From contig CAWBWI010000002.1 of assembly GCA_963792585.1 (NCBI GenBank), positions 224,001-288,000 of the forward strand: DNA of 64,000 nt, written 5' to 3'. Shown here one piece after another: positions 1 to 8,284 of this stretch (positions are counted from its first letter, which is position 1; each line of letters begins with the position of its first letter). The translations under genes were made by a program, and so were the position numbers. This DNA comes from Candidatus Eiseniibacteriota bacterium. GTDB taxonomy: Bacteria > Eisenbacteria > RBG-16-71-46 > CAIMUX01 > VGJL01. The notes beneath the pieces were generated by a model that was not told the origin of the DNA, did no database searches, and saw nothing but the letters and a program-made list of their open reading frames with translations.

Positions 1-862
1 TCGAACATGTCTGCGGCGGCCGGCTCCCCGGCGATGAGCTTGAAGTAGTTCGATCGAGGTGCCGCGGCGCTCGGCCGAGCCGAATCCCTGGCTCTTGTGC
101 ATGCTCCGGCTCTCGCCGGCCAGTTCCGTGTAGGAGCGACCGAGGAGCGCGTTGTAGGCGCCGAGATCGATGGTGAGGAACTCCTTCGCGCTCTCCGCCG
201 GGGGAGGCGCCGTCCAGTTGAAGTAGTTCCAGAGCAGGCGCTTCGACTTCCAGGGCGCGAGCGTCTGGAGCTGCTCCGGAAATCGCGCCGGATCGCCGGC
301 CGCCTCGAACGCCTCGACCGCGAGAAGCGCCGACGCGGTGTGGTGGCCGTGACGGCCCTCGCCGGTGGTCGGGAACCGCATCACGATGACGTCGGGCTGG
401 AAGGTACGGATGACGCGCACGACGTCGCCGAGGACCGCTTCGCGTCCCCACTTCTGCGAGCGTCTCGTCGGGTCCCTTGGAGTAGCCGAAATCGACCGCC
501 CGGGTGAAGAACTGCTCGGCGCCGTCGATCCTGCGGGCGGCGAGGAGCTCCTGCGTGCGGATCACGCCGAGGAGATCGCCCTGTTCGTCGCCGATGAGGT
601 TCTGCCCGCCGTCGCCTCGGGTGAGCGAGAGATAACCGGCGCGCACCAGCTTCTCGTTCTCGAGCCATGTGAGCATGGCCGTGTTCTCGTCGTCGGGATG
701 CGCCGCCACGAAGAGCACCGAGCCCACGACGGTGAGCTTCTCCAGGGCCAGATGAAGTTCGGCGGCGTCGAGGGTGGCGGGGGGACTGTCGGAGGCGATC
801 GCCCCCGGGACGAACGGCGCAAAGAGCATTTGAAGGACGGCCAGGCAGTACGCGACGCGCAC
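1..862 (-). CDS. PIG-L/LmbE family deacetylase, secreted; partial at the window edge, with apparent frameshifts near 455 and 25-50
   Basis: Manual translation from GTG at 862 (GGAGGAGG RBS) gives a signal peptide, then LEKLTVVGSVLFVAAHPDDENTAM...TRGDGGQNLIG...RTQELLAARRIDGAEQFFTRAVDFGYSK. It continues in a shifted frame as KWGREAVLGDVVRVIRTFQPDV...HGHHTASA and SRSMHKSQGFG. Confidence 0.85.
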   Translation of the reverse strand, partial: MRVAYCLAVLQMLFAPFVPGAIASDSPPATLDAAELHLALEKLTVVGSVLFVAAHPDDENTAMLTWLENEKLVRAGYLSLTRGDGGQNLIGDEQGDLLGVIRTQELLAARRIDGAEQFFTRAVDFGYSKGPDETLAEVGTRSGPRRRRARHPYLPARRHRDAVPDHRRGPSRPPHRVGASRGRGVRGGRRSGAISGAAPDARALEVEAPALELLQLDGASPGGEREGVPHHRSRRLQRAPRSLLHGTGRREPEHAQEPGIRLGRAPRHLDRTTSSSSPGSRPPQTCS

Positions 863-1293
863 GGATCCTCCTCCCGATCAAGTGAGGTCCCGGGCCCCGT
901 TACCGAGCGTCACGGCGATGGCCCGTCTGACGAACCCAGGAGGCTAACCGGATCGGCGGGTGGGGCGCAACCTTCGACCCGAAGATGGCGACGCGGCCCC
1001 GGGCGCATGTCGCGTGCCACGTCGCTCGTACTCGGCGCGTCACCATCGGGCGGTTCCATCGACGGTTCGGGCGACCAGCCCTACACAATGGACGCCCTTC
1101 CCGACGATGTGGCCACTCCACCGAGGGAGGGCCTGGCCCGAGGGTCACCACGGGCCGTGTCCTTGGGTGGATGGCTTCCGCCGCCTGACCCCGCCACCGC
1201 CATCTCGCCCGCGCGCTCGCCCTGCGGGGAGGAGTGCCGCCATTGCCTCCGATCGTCCTTCCCCCCCGTCGCGCTCCGCTTCTTCAGAAACTC

Positions 1294-1331
1294 TTAGGGA
1301 TCTTTAGGGTCCTGTAAGGGACCATTTAGGA
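1294..1331 (+). promoter_or_regulatory. Four phased direct repeats (TTAGGG/TTAGGG/TAAGGG/TTAGGA), candidate operator for a winged-helix regulator
   Basis: Hexamers start at 1294, 1304, 1315 and 1326 (10-11 bp period) in an AT-richer patch 55-90 bp upstream of the hemerythrin ATG. Confidence 0.55.
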
Positions 1332-1384
1332 ACAGGTTGCGGCCCGTTACCGTTATCTTCTGGCTAACCGAAGGAGGTTACGCC

Positions 1385-1993
1385 ATGGAACGAATGGATC
1401 TGTTCACAACGGTACACAAGGGTCTGCGTGCGACGATGTTCGAGGCTACGGAGCTGGTCGCCCGAACGGACTTCAGCGAGCCCAGCGCAATCGAGCAAGC
1501 GGCGGCGGCGGTGCGCCGATGCCTGTCCCTTCTCGAGGAGCATGCCCATCTCGAGGATCTCGTGGTCTTTCCGGAGATCGCGCAGATCGGTCCGGCCGTG
1601 TTCGCAGACCTCAATGCAGAGCACACCCGAGTCGGGGGACTACAGACGGAGATCGCCCAGCTCTTGGACCGTCTCCTCGCCGCCCCGCCCGCGGAGCGCC
1701 TGACGCTCGGCAGGCGGTTGCACGAGCGGATGGGTCGGCTGGTGGCCGCGCACCTGCAGCACATGGATGGTGAGGAGACGACGGCCACCCGTCTCCTGTG
1801 GGCTCACCGCACCGATGATGAGCTCCGGGCGCTCCACGGCAGGGTCCTCGGGTCGATCCCGCCGGAGCGGATGCGGATCTGGGCGGAGATTCTGCTGCGG
1901 GCGATCAATCCCGCGGAGCGGGCAGTCCTCCTGGCGGGCCTCCAGGCGAAGTTGCCCGCCGAGGCGTTCGAGCGTTTGTCGAGCGCGGTGTAG
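1385..1993 (+). CDS. Hemerythrin domain-containing protein
   Basis: AAGGAGG RBS. Hemerythrin H...HxxxE...H...HxxxE ligand pattern: VHKGLR, EEHAHLED, AEHTRV, LQHMDGEE. Confidence 0.85.
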   Translation: MERMDLFTTVHKGLRATMFEATELVARTDFSEPSAIEQAAAAVRRCLSLLEEHAHLEDLVVFPEIAQIGPAVFADLNAEHTRVGGLQTEIAQLLDRLLAAPPAERLTLGRRLHERMGRLVAAHLQHMDGEETTATRLLWAHRTDDELRALHGRVLGSIPPERMRIWAEILLRAINPAERAVLLAGLQAKLPAEAFERLSSAV

Positions 1994-2058
1994 GCGCTCG
2001 CGCACGGGTCGGCGGTGACGGGCGGCGCACCGACCTACCCCGACGGCGAACGGAAGCA

Positions 2059-3261
2059 ATGGCCGAGGAGATCGGAGTGATGAAGCGAACTCGCAGCGGG
2101 ATGGAACGCAGCAGGACCGGAGGGGCGCGACGGCTGGGCCTGGCCGGCCTTGCGCTCGCGGCCGTCACTCTTGGCGTTCTACTCGCAGGGACGTCCACGC
2201 GTGCAGCCCTGCCCATACAGCCATCGTCGTTGCGGCCGCCCGAGAGGCTCAGCCAAACCGGTCTCTACGCCGATGTTGCATCCGGACGGGTGGCTCCGGA
2301 CAATCTGCCCTTCGAACCCCAGTATCCACTCTGGAGCGATGGTGCGGGGAAGCGACGCTGGATCCACCTTCCTCCCGGGGCGACGATCGATGCCTCGGAT
2401 CCCGACGAATGGGTATTTCCCGCGGGGACAAAGCTCTGGAAGGAGTTCTCGTTCGGCCGGCGCGTGGAGACCCGATACATGGAATACGTTGGCGAAGGGC
2501 GGTGGACCTACGCAACCTACGTCTGGAATCAGGATGAAACGGATGCGGTCCTCGCGCCCGAGCGTGGCGTACCGGGTGCGCATGAGATCCGCCCCGGGGT
2601 TCGGCACGACATTCCCGGTTACTACGATTGTCTCGCCTGTCACGAGGGGCGGCCGAGTCGGGTCCTCGGCTTCAGCGCCCTGCAACTCTCCTCGGACCGT
2701 GATCGGTTGGCGCCGCACGCACAGGCCCCCGGTCCCGACGCGATCAACCTCGACGTGCTGATCGAACGCGGACTGCTCCGCGGATACCCGAGCGCGCCGG
2801 CGGGGCGCGCGCCCCGGATCAATGCCAAGAGCCCGAGGGCGCGTGCGGCGCTCGGCTACCTCCACGCGAACTGCGGCTCCTGCCACAACGACCGGGGCCC
2901 GCTCGCGAATCTCGGGATGTTCCTCGATGCAAAGCTGGTAGGGAAGGACGGGACCACCCGTTCCCGAGAACTCGTGACGGCCGTCGATCGTCCGAGTCGC
3001 TACCGGCCGCCCGCGCAGTCTGAAGCCGACACGCCCGGCGCAGGCGACTCCCTGAGGATCGCTGCCGGCCATCCCGAGCGCAGCGTCCTGATCGCGCGGA
3101 TGTCCTCGCGCGTCGCCGTGCTCCAGATGCCGCCTCTGGGCACACACATCGTCGACGAAGAGGCCGTAGCACTCATAGATTCCTGGATCCGCAACGACCT
3201 GCATCCGCGGGGCGCTGCAATAGCTGTGAACCACAAACATGTTCCGGAGGAACGGAAATGA
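2059..3261 (+). CDS. Exported diheme c-type cytochrome (SO2930-like family)
   Basis: N-terminal hydrophobic signal and two CxxCH motifs (CLACH, CGSCH). LSQTGLY, PLWSDGAGKRRWIHLP, FPAGTKLWKEF and QMPPLG motifs. The start may be 2080. Confidence 0.75.
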   Translation: MAEEIGVMKRTRSGMERSRTGGARRLGLAGLALAAVTLGVLLAGTSTRAALPIQPSSLRPPERLSQTGLYADVASGRVAPDNLPFEPQYPLWSDGAGKRRWIHLPPGATIDASDPDEWVFPAGTKLWKEFSFGRRVETRYMEYVGEGRWTYATYVWNQDETDAVLAPERGVPGAHEIRPGVRHDIPGYYDCLACHEGRPSRVLGFSALQLSSDRDRLAPHAQAPGPDAINLDVLIERGLLRGYPSAPAGRAPRINAKSPRARAALGYLHANCGSCHNDRGPLANLGMFLDAKLVGKDGTTRSRELVTAVDRPSRYRPPAQSEADTPGAGDSLRIAAGHPERSVLIARMSSRVAVLQMPPLGTHIVDEEAVALIDSWIRNDLHPRGAAIAVNHKHVPEERK

Positions 3262-3905
3262 ACATCCATAAGAAGTCCCATAGGGCGGATCGCCGGTTTG
3301 CCGCCCCGTCGTCGTTCATCTTTCTCTTTGCATTCTCGGCCTTGGCGATCGTGACCGGCGGGCTCGTCCTCGGATCGCTGCCACGCCCCGCGGCCGCCGC
3401 CGATCCCGTAAGCGCCGCCTCCGGCAGCGGCTCCACGCCGGTGGAGCGCGGTCGTTATCTGGTCTCCGCGATGGGGTGTAACGACTGCCACACCCCCTGG
3501 AAGATGGGCGCGAACGGTCCCGAGATGGATATGAGCCGCATGCTCTCGGGGCATCCCGAAGGGCTGAAGATGCCGCCCGCCCCCGCGGTCCCGATGCCCT
3601 GGGGGTTCGCCGGGGCCGCGACGATGACCGCTTGGTCCGGCCCCTGGGGAACGTCCTTCACGGCGAACCTGACGCCCGATGCCGAGACGGGCCTCGGCCG
3701 GTGGACGGAACAGGAGTTCGCCGCCACGATGCACTCGGGCCGGCACCAGGGCCGGGGAAGGCCACTTCTTCCGCCAATGCCGTACTTCAACCTGGGGGGG
3801 CTGACGGACGAGGATCTTCATTCCGTGTTCGCGTATCTCCAGAGCATCCCCGCCATCCAGAACCGCGTTCCGGAGCCCCTGCCTCCTCCCGCCGCGAAGC
3901 CGTAG
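3258..3905 (+). CDS. Exported c-type cytochrome (c-553-like)
   Basis: Signal/TM segment, VERGRYLV..MGCNDCHTP heme motif, NLTPDAETGLGRW and PPMPY. ATGA overlap with the upstream gene. Confidence 0.85.
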   Translation: MNIHKKSHRADRRFAAPSSFIFLFAFSALAIVTGGLVLGSLPRPAAAADPVSAASGSGSTPVERGRYLVSAMGCNDCHTPWKMGANGPEMDMSRMLSGHPEGLKMPPAPAVPMPWGFAGAATMTAWSGPWGTSFTANLTPDAETGLGRWTEQEFAATMHSGRHQGRGRPLLPPMPYFNLGGLTDEDLHSVFAYLQSIPAIQNRVPEPLPPPAAKP

Positions 3906-3932
3906 GGGCCGGCGTCGATAGACCTCGATGTG

Positions 3933-3964
3933 GAGCCGCCATCCCCCTTGGGGGCTGGCGGCTC
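3933..3964 (+). terminator. GC-rich hairpin after the cytochrome gene; possible terminator or processing site
   Basis: GAGCCGCCA...TGGCGGCTC stem with an inner CCCCC/GGGGG stem. No U-tract. Confidence 0.4.
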
Positions 3965-4022
3965 TCCCACGATTGCGGTTAGCGCCCCGCGAGAGCTATG
4001 ATCTCCCGATGGAGAATTTCAC

Positions 4023-4508
4023 GTGAGTCCGCCCGAACTACGGGAGTTCTTGGAATCCGGCGTCTCGATCTTGCTCGGGACGCGGTCCGATCGTCTATTG
4101 CCGGATTGCTGCCGTATTGTCGGTGCCCGACTCGAGGCCGACGGATCCGCGCTGACCGTCTTTCTCCCGGCCGCGACGGCGGAGCGGAGCATCGCCAATC
4201 TCCGGGACAACGGCTGGGCAGCCGTCTGCTTCGCCCGCGCGAGTGACCATCGATCCGTCCAGATCAAGGGCAGAATGCTGACCATCCATGATGCCGATGA
4301 GGAGGATCGGGAGCGGATCGTGCGGTACCGATCCGCCTTGGCCGAAGCATGGGGTGTCATCGGGATTCCACCGAGAATCACCCTGCGCATGGCCCACTGG
4401 CCCTGCCACGCGCTCACGATCCGCGTGGAGTCGGTGTTCGACCAGACTCCAGGTCCCGGAGCGGGGGACGCCTTCGGCGCGCCGCACCCGCTGACGGGGA
4501 CAAAATGA
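4023..4508 (+). CDS. Pyridoxamine 5'-phosphate oxidase-like (FMN-binding split barrel) protein
   Basis: ANLRDNGWAAVCFARASDHRSVQIKG and VESVFDQTPGPGAG motifs. Stop overlaps the next start (ATGA). Confidence 0.75.
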   Translation: MSPPELREFLESGVSILLGTRSDRLLPDCCRIVGARLEADGSALTVFLPAATAERSIANLRDNGWAAVCFARASDHRSVQIKGRMLTIHDADEEDRERIVRYRSALAEAWGVIGIPPRITLRMAHWPCHALTIRVESVFDQTPGPGAGDAFGAPHPLTGTK

Positions 4509-5917
4509 CGCCGCGCCTTCGAGATCTGAACATCTGCTTTCAGGGGATCATCCCATCGGTCATCGCCACCTGCTCGTTGGACGGCGAGCCCAACGTGACC
4601 TATCTCTCGCAGGTCTACTACGTGGACGATCGTCACGTCGCGCTCTCCTGCCAGTTCTTCAACAAGACGCGGCGGAACGTGGACGAGAACCCATACGCCG
4701 CCGTCCTTCTCTACCACCCGGTCACCTTCGAGGCGTGGCGCCTCCTGCTGCAATTCGTCCGTGCCGAGTTCGAGGGGCCAATGTTCGATACGATGGCGAT
4801 GCGTATCCAGGTCATCGCCTCGCACACCGGGATGGCCGGTGTCTTCCGTTTGCTCTCGGCCGACGTCTACGAGGTCCTCTCGATCGATCCCGTCGAGGGT
4901 TTTCTCCTCCCCCCGGATCCGGTGCTGGACGCCGCGCCCGCTCTCCTCCCCTCCGGCCCGCTGACGGAACTGCGCGGCGTGCAGGTCGTCTCCGAACGGA
5001 TCGCGCGGGCGAATGACCTGGAGGGACTCCTGGCCGGGGCCCTCGCCGCCCTTGATGAACTGCTCGGGTTCTCGCACTCGATGGTCCTCGTTCACGAGGA
5101 GTCCTGCAGGCGGCTCGTCGCGATCGCAACCCGCGGCTATGGGACGAATGGCATCGGTGGAGAGGTCCTGGTCGGGGATGGGATCATCGGCACCGTGGCG
5201 GAGCATCGCAGGATGATCCGCGTGGCGGGCATGCGCGATGACCTACGCTATGGCCGCGCGATCCGAGGGCGTGTGGAGAAGAGCGGCGATGCAGAGCGCC
5301 TGGTCCCCGAGATTCCGCTCCCCGGCCTTCCCGATGCACAGGCCCAGCTCGTTCTCCCCATGCTCGTGGGGGAGAGGCTCGTGGGAGTGCTCGCCGTCGA
5401 GAGCCGCGATCCGCTCTGTTTCGACGAGTGGGACGAGGCCTTCCTGCAGATCATCGGAAACCAGATCGCGATGGGGCTCGATCGGATGCAATCCGCGGAG
5501 GATGAGCCCACCGACGGCGCTCCAGAGCCCTCGCCTCGGCGGAGTGCCACGGAACCGCCGGCTTCCCGGCGCGCGGCGCCGGGGCGAGCGACGAGATGCT
5601 TCCTCTACTACCCGCACGATGATTCCGTCTTCGTGGACGGCGAGTACTTGATCCGAAACCTCCCCGGCAAGATCCTCTGGAAGGTCCTGAAGCTCAACGA
5701 GGGTGAAGGGCGGATCGAGTTCACGAATCGTGAGTTGCGGCTGGATCCTTCCCTCGGGCTGCCGCCGATCAAGGACAACCTCGAGAGCCGTCTCATCCTC
5801 CTTCGGAAGCGCCTCGCGGAGAAGTGCCCCGATGTCCGGCTCCTCCCGCTTCGGAGGGGCTGCTTCGCGCTCGAGATGGACTGTGCTGTCGAGCTGACCG
5901 AGAAGAAGGCGGGCTGA
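4505..5917 (+). CDS. Putative one-component regulator: PNPOx-like domain + GAF + C-terminal winged-helix
   Basis: N-term CFQGIIPSVIATCSLDGEPNVTYLSQV...QFFNKTRRNV (split barrel). Central GAF (GDGIIGTVAE, LPMLVGERLVGVLAVES). C-term resembles an OmpR-type wHTH (ILWKVLK...FTNRELRL...NLESRLILLRKRL...RRGCFALE). Confidence 0.75.
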   Translation: MTPRLRDLNICFQGIIPSVIATCSLDGEPNVTYLSQVYYVDDRHVALSCQFFNKTRRNVDENPYAAVLLYHPVTFEAWRLLLQFVRAEFEGPMFDTMAMRIQVIASHTGMAGVFRLLSADVYEVLSIDPVEGFLLPPDPVLDAAPALLPSGPLTELRGVQVVSERIARANDLEGLLAGALAALDELLGFSHSMVLVHEESCRRLVAIATRGYGTNGIGGEVLVGDGIIGTVAEHRRMIRVAGMRDDLRYGRAIRGRVEKSGDAERLVPEIPLPGLPDAQAQLVLPMLVGERLVGVLAVESRDPLCFDEWDEAFLQIIGNQIAMGLDRMQSAEDEPTDGAPEPSPRRSATEPPASRRAAPGRATRCFLYYPHDDSVFVDGEYLIRNLPGKILWKVLKLNEGEGRIEFTNRELRLDPSLGLPPIKDNLESRLILLRKRLAEKCPDVRLLPLRRGCFALEMDCAVELTEKKAG

Positions 5918-6039
5918 GGCGACCGAGCGCTGCGCCGTTGATTCGCGAGGGATCGAGCGGCGCACGGCCTCTAACCTCCGGCAGGGCCGGATCGGGCCAC
6001 CTCAGCCAGCCGAACGATTGTACGTGACAGTTTATGAGT

Positions 6040-6068
6040 TTGCATTGCGTATCCGTAGCCGATAATCT
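6040..6068 (+). promoter_or_regulatory. Putative sigma70 promoter of the metal-efflux operon
   Basis: TTGCAT (6040-6045), 17 nt, TAATCT (6063-6068). This would place the TSS near the ATG at 6076. Confidence 0.45.
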
Positions 6069-6075
6069 TATGGAG

Positions 6076-6372
6076 ATGCGGTTCCTTCTTCTGGTTCTCC
6101 TCGTATTCCTCCTGGTCGGCCAGCATGCCGTCTTGGCCCTGGTCCCCGTTGCCGACTGCTGCGAGTCCGACGAGGCTGCATCTCCAGTAGGGTGCGACGC
6201 ATCCTGTCCGCTCTGTACCTGCTGCATGGAGCGGAGCCCGGTCGATCTGCCGACGCTTGGCGCCCCGGCTCTGAGTCTCGCGCCCGAGGGAGTTCTGGCC
6301 GCGAGCCTCGGTCTGCCGCCATCCCCCGAACCTGCGGAAATCCTCCACGTTCCGAAGTCCGTTCCCGCCTAG
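6076..6372 (+). CDS. Small Cys-rich leader protein (DUF2946/CruR-like architecture)
   Basis: Hydrophobic N-term, then CC...CDASCPLCTCC and a Pro-rich tail ending EILHVPKSVPA. First ORF before the heavy-metal RND genes. Confidence 0.6.
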   Translation: MRFLLLVLLVFLLVGQHAVLALVPVADCCESDEAASPVGCDASCPLCTCCMERSPVDLPTLGAPALSLAPEGVLAASLGLPPSPEPAEILHVPKSVPA

Positions 6373-6559
6373 TTAGCTCCGCGGAATCCCGCCGTCCATG
6401 GCGGTCCAGTCCCTCGATCCAACCGAGGGGGTGCCGCGGAATCGCTCGTAATGCGCCCGGCGCGGATGCCGACGGTCTGCTCAACGCGACAGCTGCGGTA
6501 TCGAGCGAGTCGGACCCGTGGTGCGTCGCCAACAAACCAAGAAACTGGAGGATCGACTC

Positions 6560-6886
6560 ATGAGCAGAATTCTTCTCTCGGCCCTAGTCCTGACCGTGAG
6601 CCTCGCGGGGTGTGGCAGGGAGGCGAAGCAGGAGGGGCCATCGGAAGGGAACCCACCGCCTTCCGCGCTCCACGCCTCATCGACGGTAGTGCCCGGTTCT
6701 TATGAGGATTGGTGCGGTGAGCACAAGGTCCCGGAATCGTCATGTACTCGATGCGACCCGTCGCTCATTCCGGCGTTCAAGGCCACGAATGACTGGTGCG
6801 CGGAACACGGGCTGCCGGAGTCTCAGTGTCTGACCTGCAATCCGGATCTGAAGATCGTTCGGCCGCCGCAGCCGGAGGGCAGATAG
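6560..6886 (+). CDS. Lipoprotein with two C-x-E-H...C-x-x-C repeats (putative metal-binding)
   Basis: GGAGG RBS, lipobox LAGC, then WCGEHKVPESSCTRCDP and WCAEHGLPESQCLTCNP. Confidence 0.75.
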   Translation: MSRILLSALVLTVSLAGCGREAKQEGPSEGNPPPSALHASSTVVPGSYEDWCGEHKVPESSCTRCDPSLIPAFKATNDWCAEHGLPESQCLTCNPDLKIVRPPQPEGR

Positions 6887-8272
6887 ATGCGCGCTATCCT
6901 ATTCGGTCTGATCCTCGCGCTGATCACCTTTTGCACTTCCTGTCAACGCACGGGCAGCTCCTCGGATGCCGAATCCCGAGGTTCCGACTCAGCTGTCCAG
7001 CCCGCTCAGATCGCTTCGAATGCTGAGGGCATGTGTGCTGAGCACGGCGTGCTGGAGGCGGTCTGCACGAAGTGCAATCCGAAGCTCATCCCGATCTTCC
7101 AGGCGAAGGGCGACTGGTGCGCGGAACACGATTTCCCCGAGCCCTTCTGTCCGGTTTGCCATCCTGAGCGGGGTGGAAAGCCCTCAGCAGACGTTGCCAC
7201 GGACGATGCACCGCCCAACGGGCTGCGCGTCGTCCTCCAGTCGAGTGAAGTCGTGGCGGAGGCGGGGATCCGGACGGCGCAGGCCGTCTCCGGAGGGGAG
7301 GCAGGCACCATCATCGCCACCGCGACGATCGTTGCGGACAATGCCAAGAGCGCGCAGGTCAACGCTCGGGCGCCGGGTGTGATCCGCTCATTCAAAGTCG
7401 AACTCGGTTCGCTGGTGGCGAAGGGCGCGCCCCTAGCGGTCATCGCGAGCGCGTCCGTGGCGGATTCGCGCGCCCGACTCAGAGCAGCGCGCGCCCGGGA
7501 GACCGTCGCCGAGGCAAGCCGTGGACGTGAAAGTGGCCTGTACGACCGCGGGATTTCAGCCCAGAAGGAAGTCCAGTCCGCGGAGCAGGCGTATGAAGAG
7601 GCAAAGGCCGAAGTCGCTGCCGCTCTGGCCGCGCTCGAAATGGTGGGTGCCGACGATGGGGAATCGGGAGCGTATGAGCTCCGGGCGCCCATCGGTGGCG
7701 TCATCACGAAGCGTAACTTCACCGTCGGGACGCTGGTCGGCGAAGAGGAGCCCATCTTCGAGATCATCGACACCTCCTCCTTGTGGGCCGACATCGACAT
7801 CCCTGAATCCCAAGCGGGTCAAGTTACGGTCGGCCAGCGGGTCGTTCTGAAGGTGGACGCGCTCGGTGATCGGGAGTTCATAGGGTCCATCCGCTATCTC
7901 GCCCCGCTCATCGATCCTCATACGCGGACGATCCGGGCTCGGGCGGCCCTCGCGAATCCGGATGGGATGCTACGGGCCAACATGTATGCGCGAGCCCACA
8001 TCTTCGCGAGCGCCGGCACCTCTGCCGTTCTCGTGCCGCGCTCGGCCGTCCAGGAAGCGAAAGGGGTTCAGGTCGTCTTTGTCCCCGTCTCCGACCACGA
8101 GTTCGAAACGAGACGCGTGCGGACCAGTCCGTCCGACGGCGAGCTTCTCGCCGTCACGGAGGGTCTCCGCCCGGGGGAAACCGTCGTCACTGATGGGAGC
8201 TTCCTTCTGAAAACAGAGACCCTGAAAGAAAGCATCGGCGCAGGGTGCTGTGATGCCGTCGAGTCCAGATAG
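6887..8272 (+). CDS. czcB: Heavy-metal RND efflux periplasmic adaptor (CzcB/CusB family) with a Cys/His-rich N-terminal extension
   Basis: Membrane fusion protein motifs (RAPIGGVI, IDPHTRTIRARA, LVPRSAVQ, GLRPGETVVTDGSFLLK). N-term CAEH..CTKC / WCAEH..CPVCH and C-term GAGCC. Confidence 0.85.
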   Translation: MRAILFGLILALITFCTSCQRTGSSSDAESRGSDSAVQPAQIASNAEGMCAEHGVLEAVCTKCNPKLIPIFQAKGDWCAEHDFPEPFCPVCHPERGGKPSADVATDDAPPNGLRVVLQSSEVVAEAGIRTAQAVSGGEAGTIIATATIVADNAKSAQVNARAPGVIRSFKVELGSLVAKGAPLAVIASASVADSRARLRAARARETVAEASRGRESGLYDRGISAQKEVQSAEQAYEEAKAEVAAALAALEMVGADDGESGAYELRAPIGGVITKRNFTVGTLVGEEEPIFEIIDTSSLWADIDIPESQAGQVTVGQRVVLKVDALGDREFIGSIRYLAPLIDPHTRTIRARAALANPDGMLRANMYARAHIFASAGTSAVLVPRSAVQEAKGVQVVFVPVSDHEFETRRVRTSPSDGELLAVTEGLRPGETVVTDGSFLLKTETLKESIGAGCCDAVESR

Positions 8273-8284
8273 GAGAGCCGTACC

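Noticed and set aside
1294..1331. TTAGGG repeats as telomeric sequence or G-quadruplex
   Set aside because: The copies are spaced and degenerate, the fourth has only GG, and the context is a bacterial promoter. An operator is more plausible.
6378..6440. NiCo (czcD) riboswitch upstream of the efflux genes
   Set aside because: Only a three-stem junction is visible and I cannot match the NiCo four-way-junction consensus. Kept only as a possible attenuator structure.
7147..7161. CPVCH in the adaptor as a c-type heme site
   Set aside because: It is the fourth copy of the CxxC(N/D/H)P metal-motif repeat. The other three copies lack the His.
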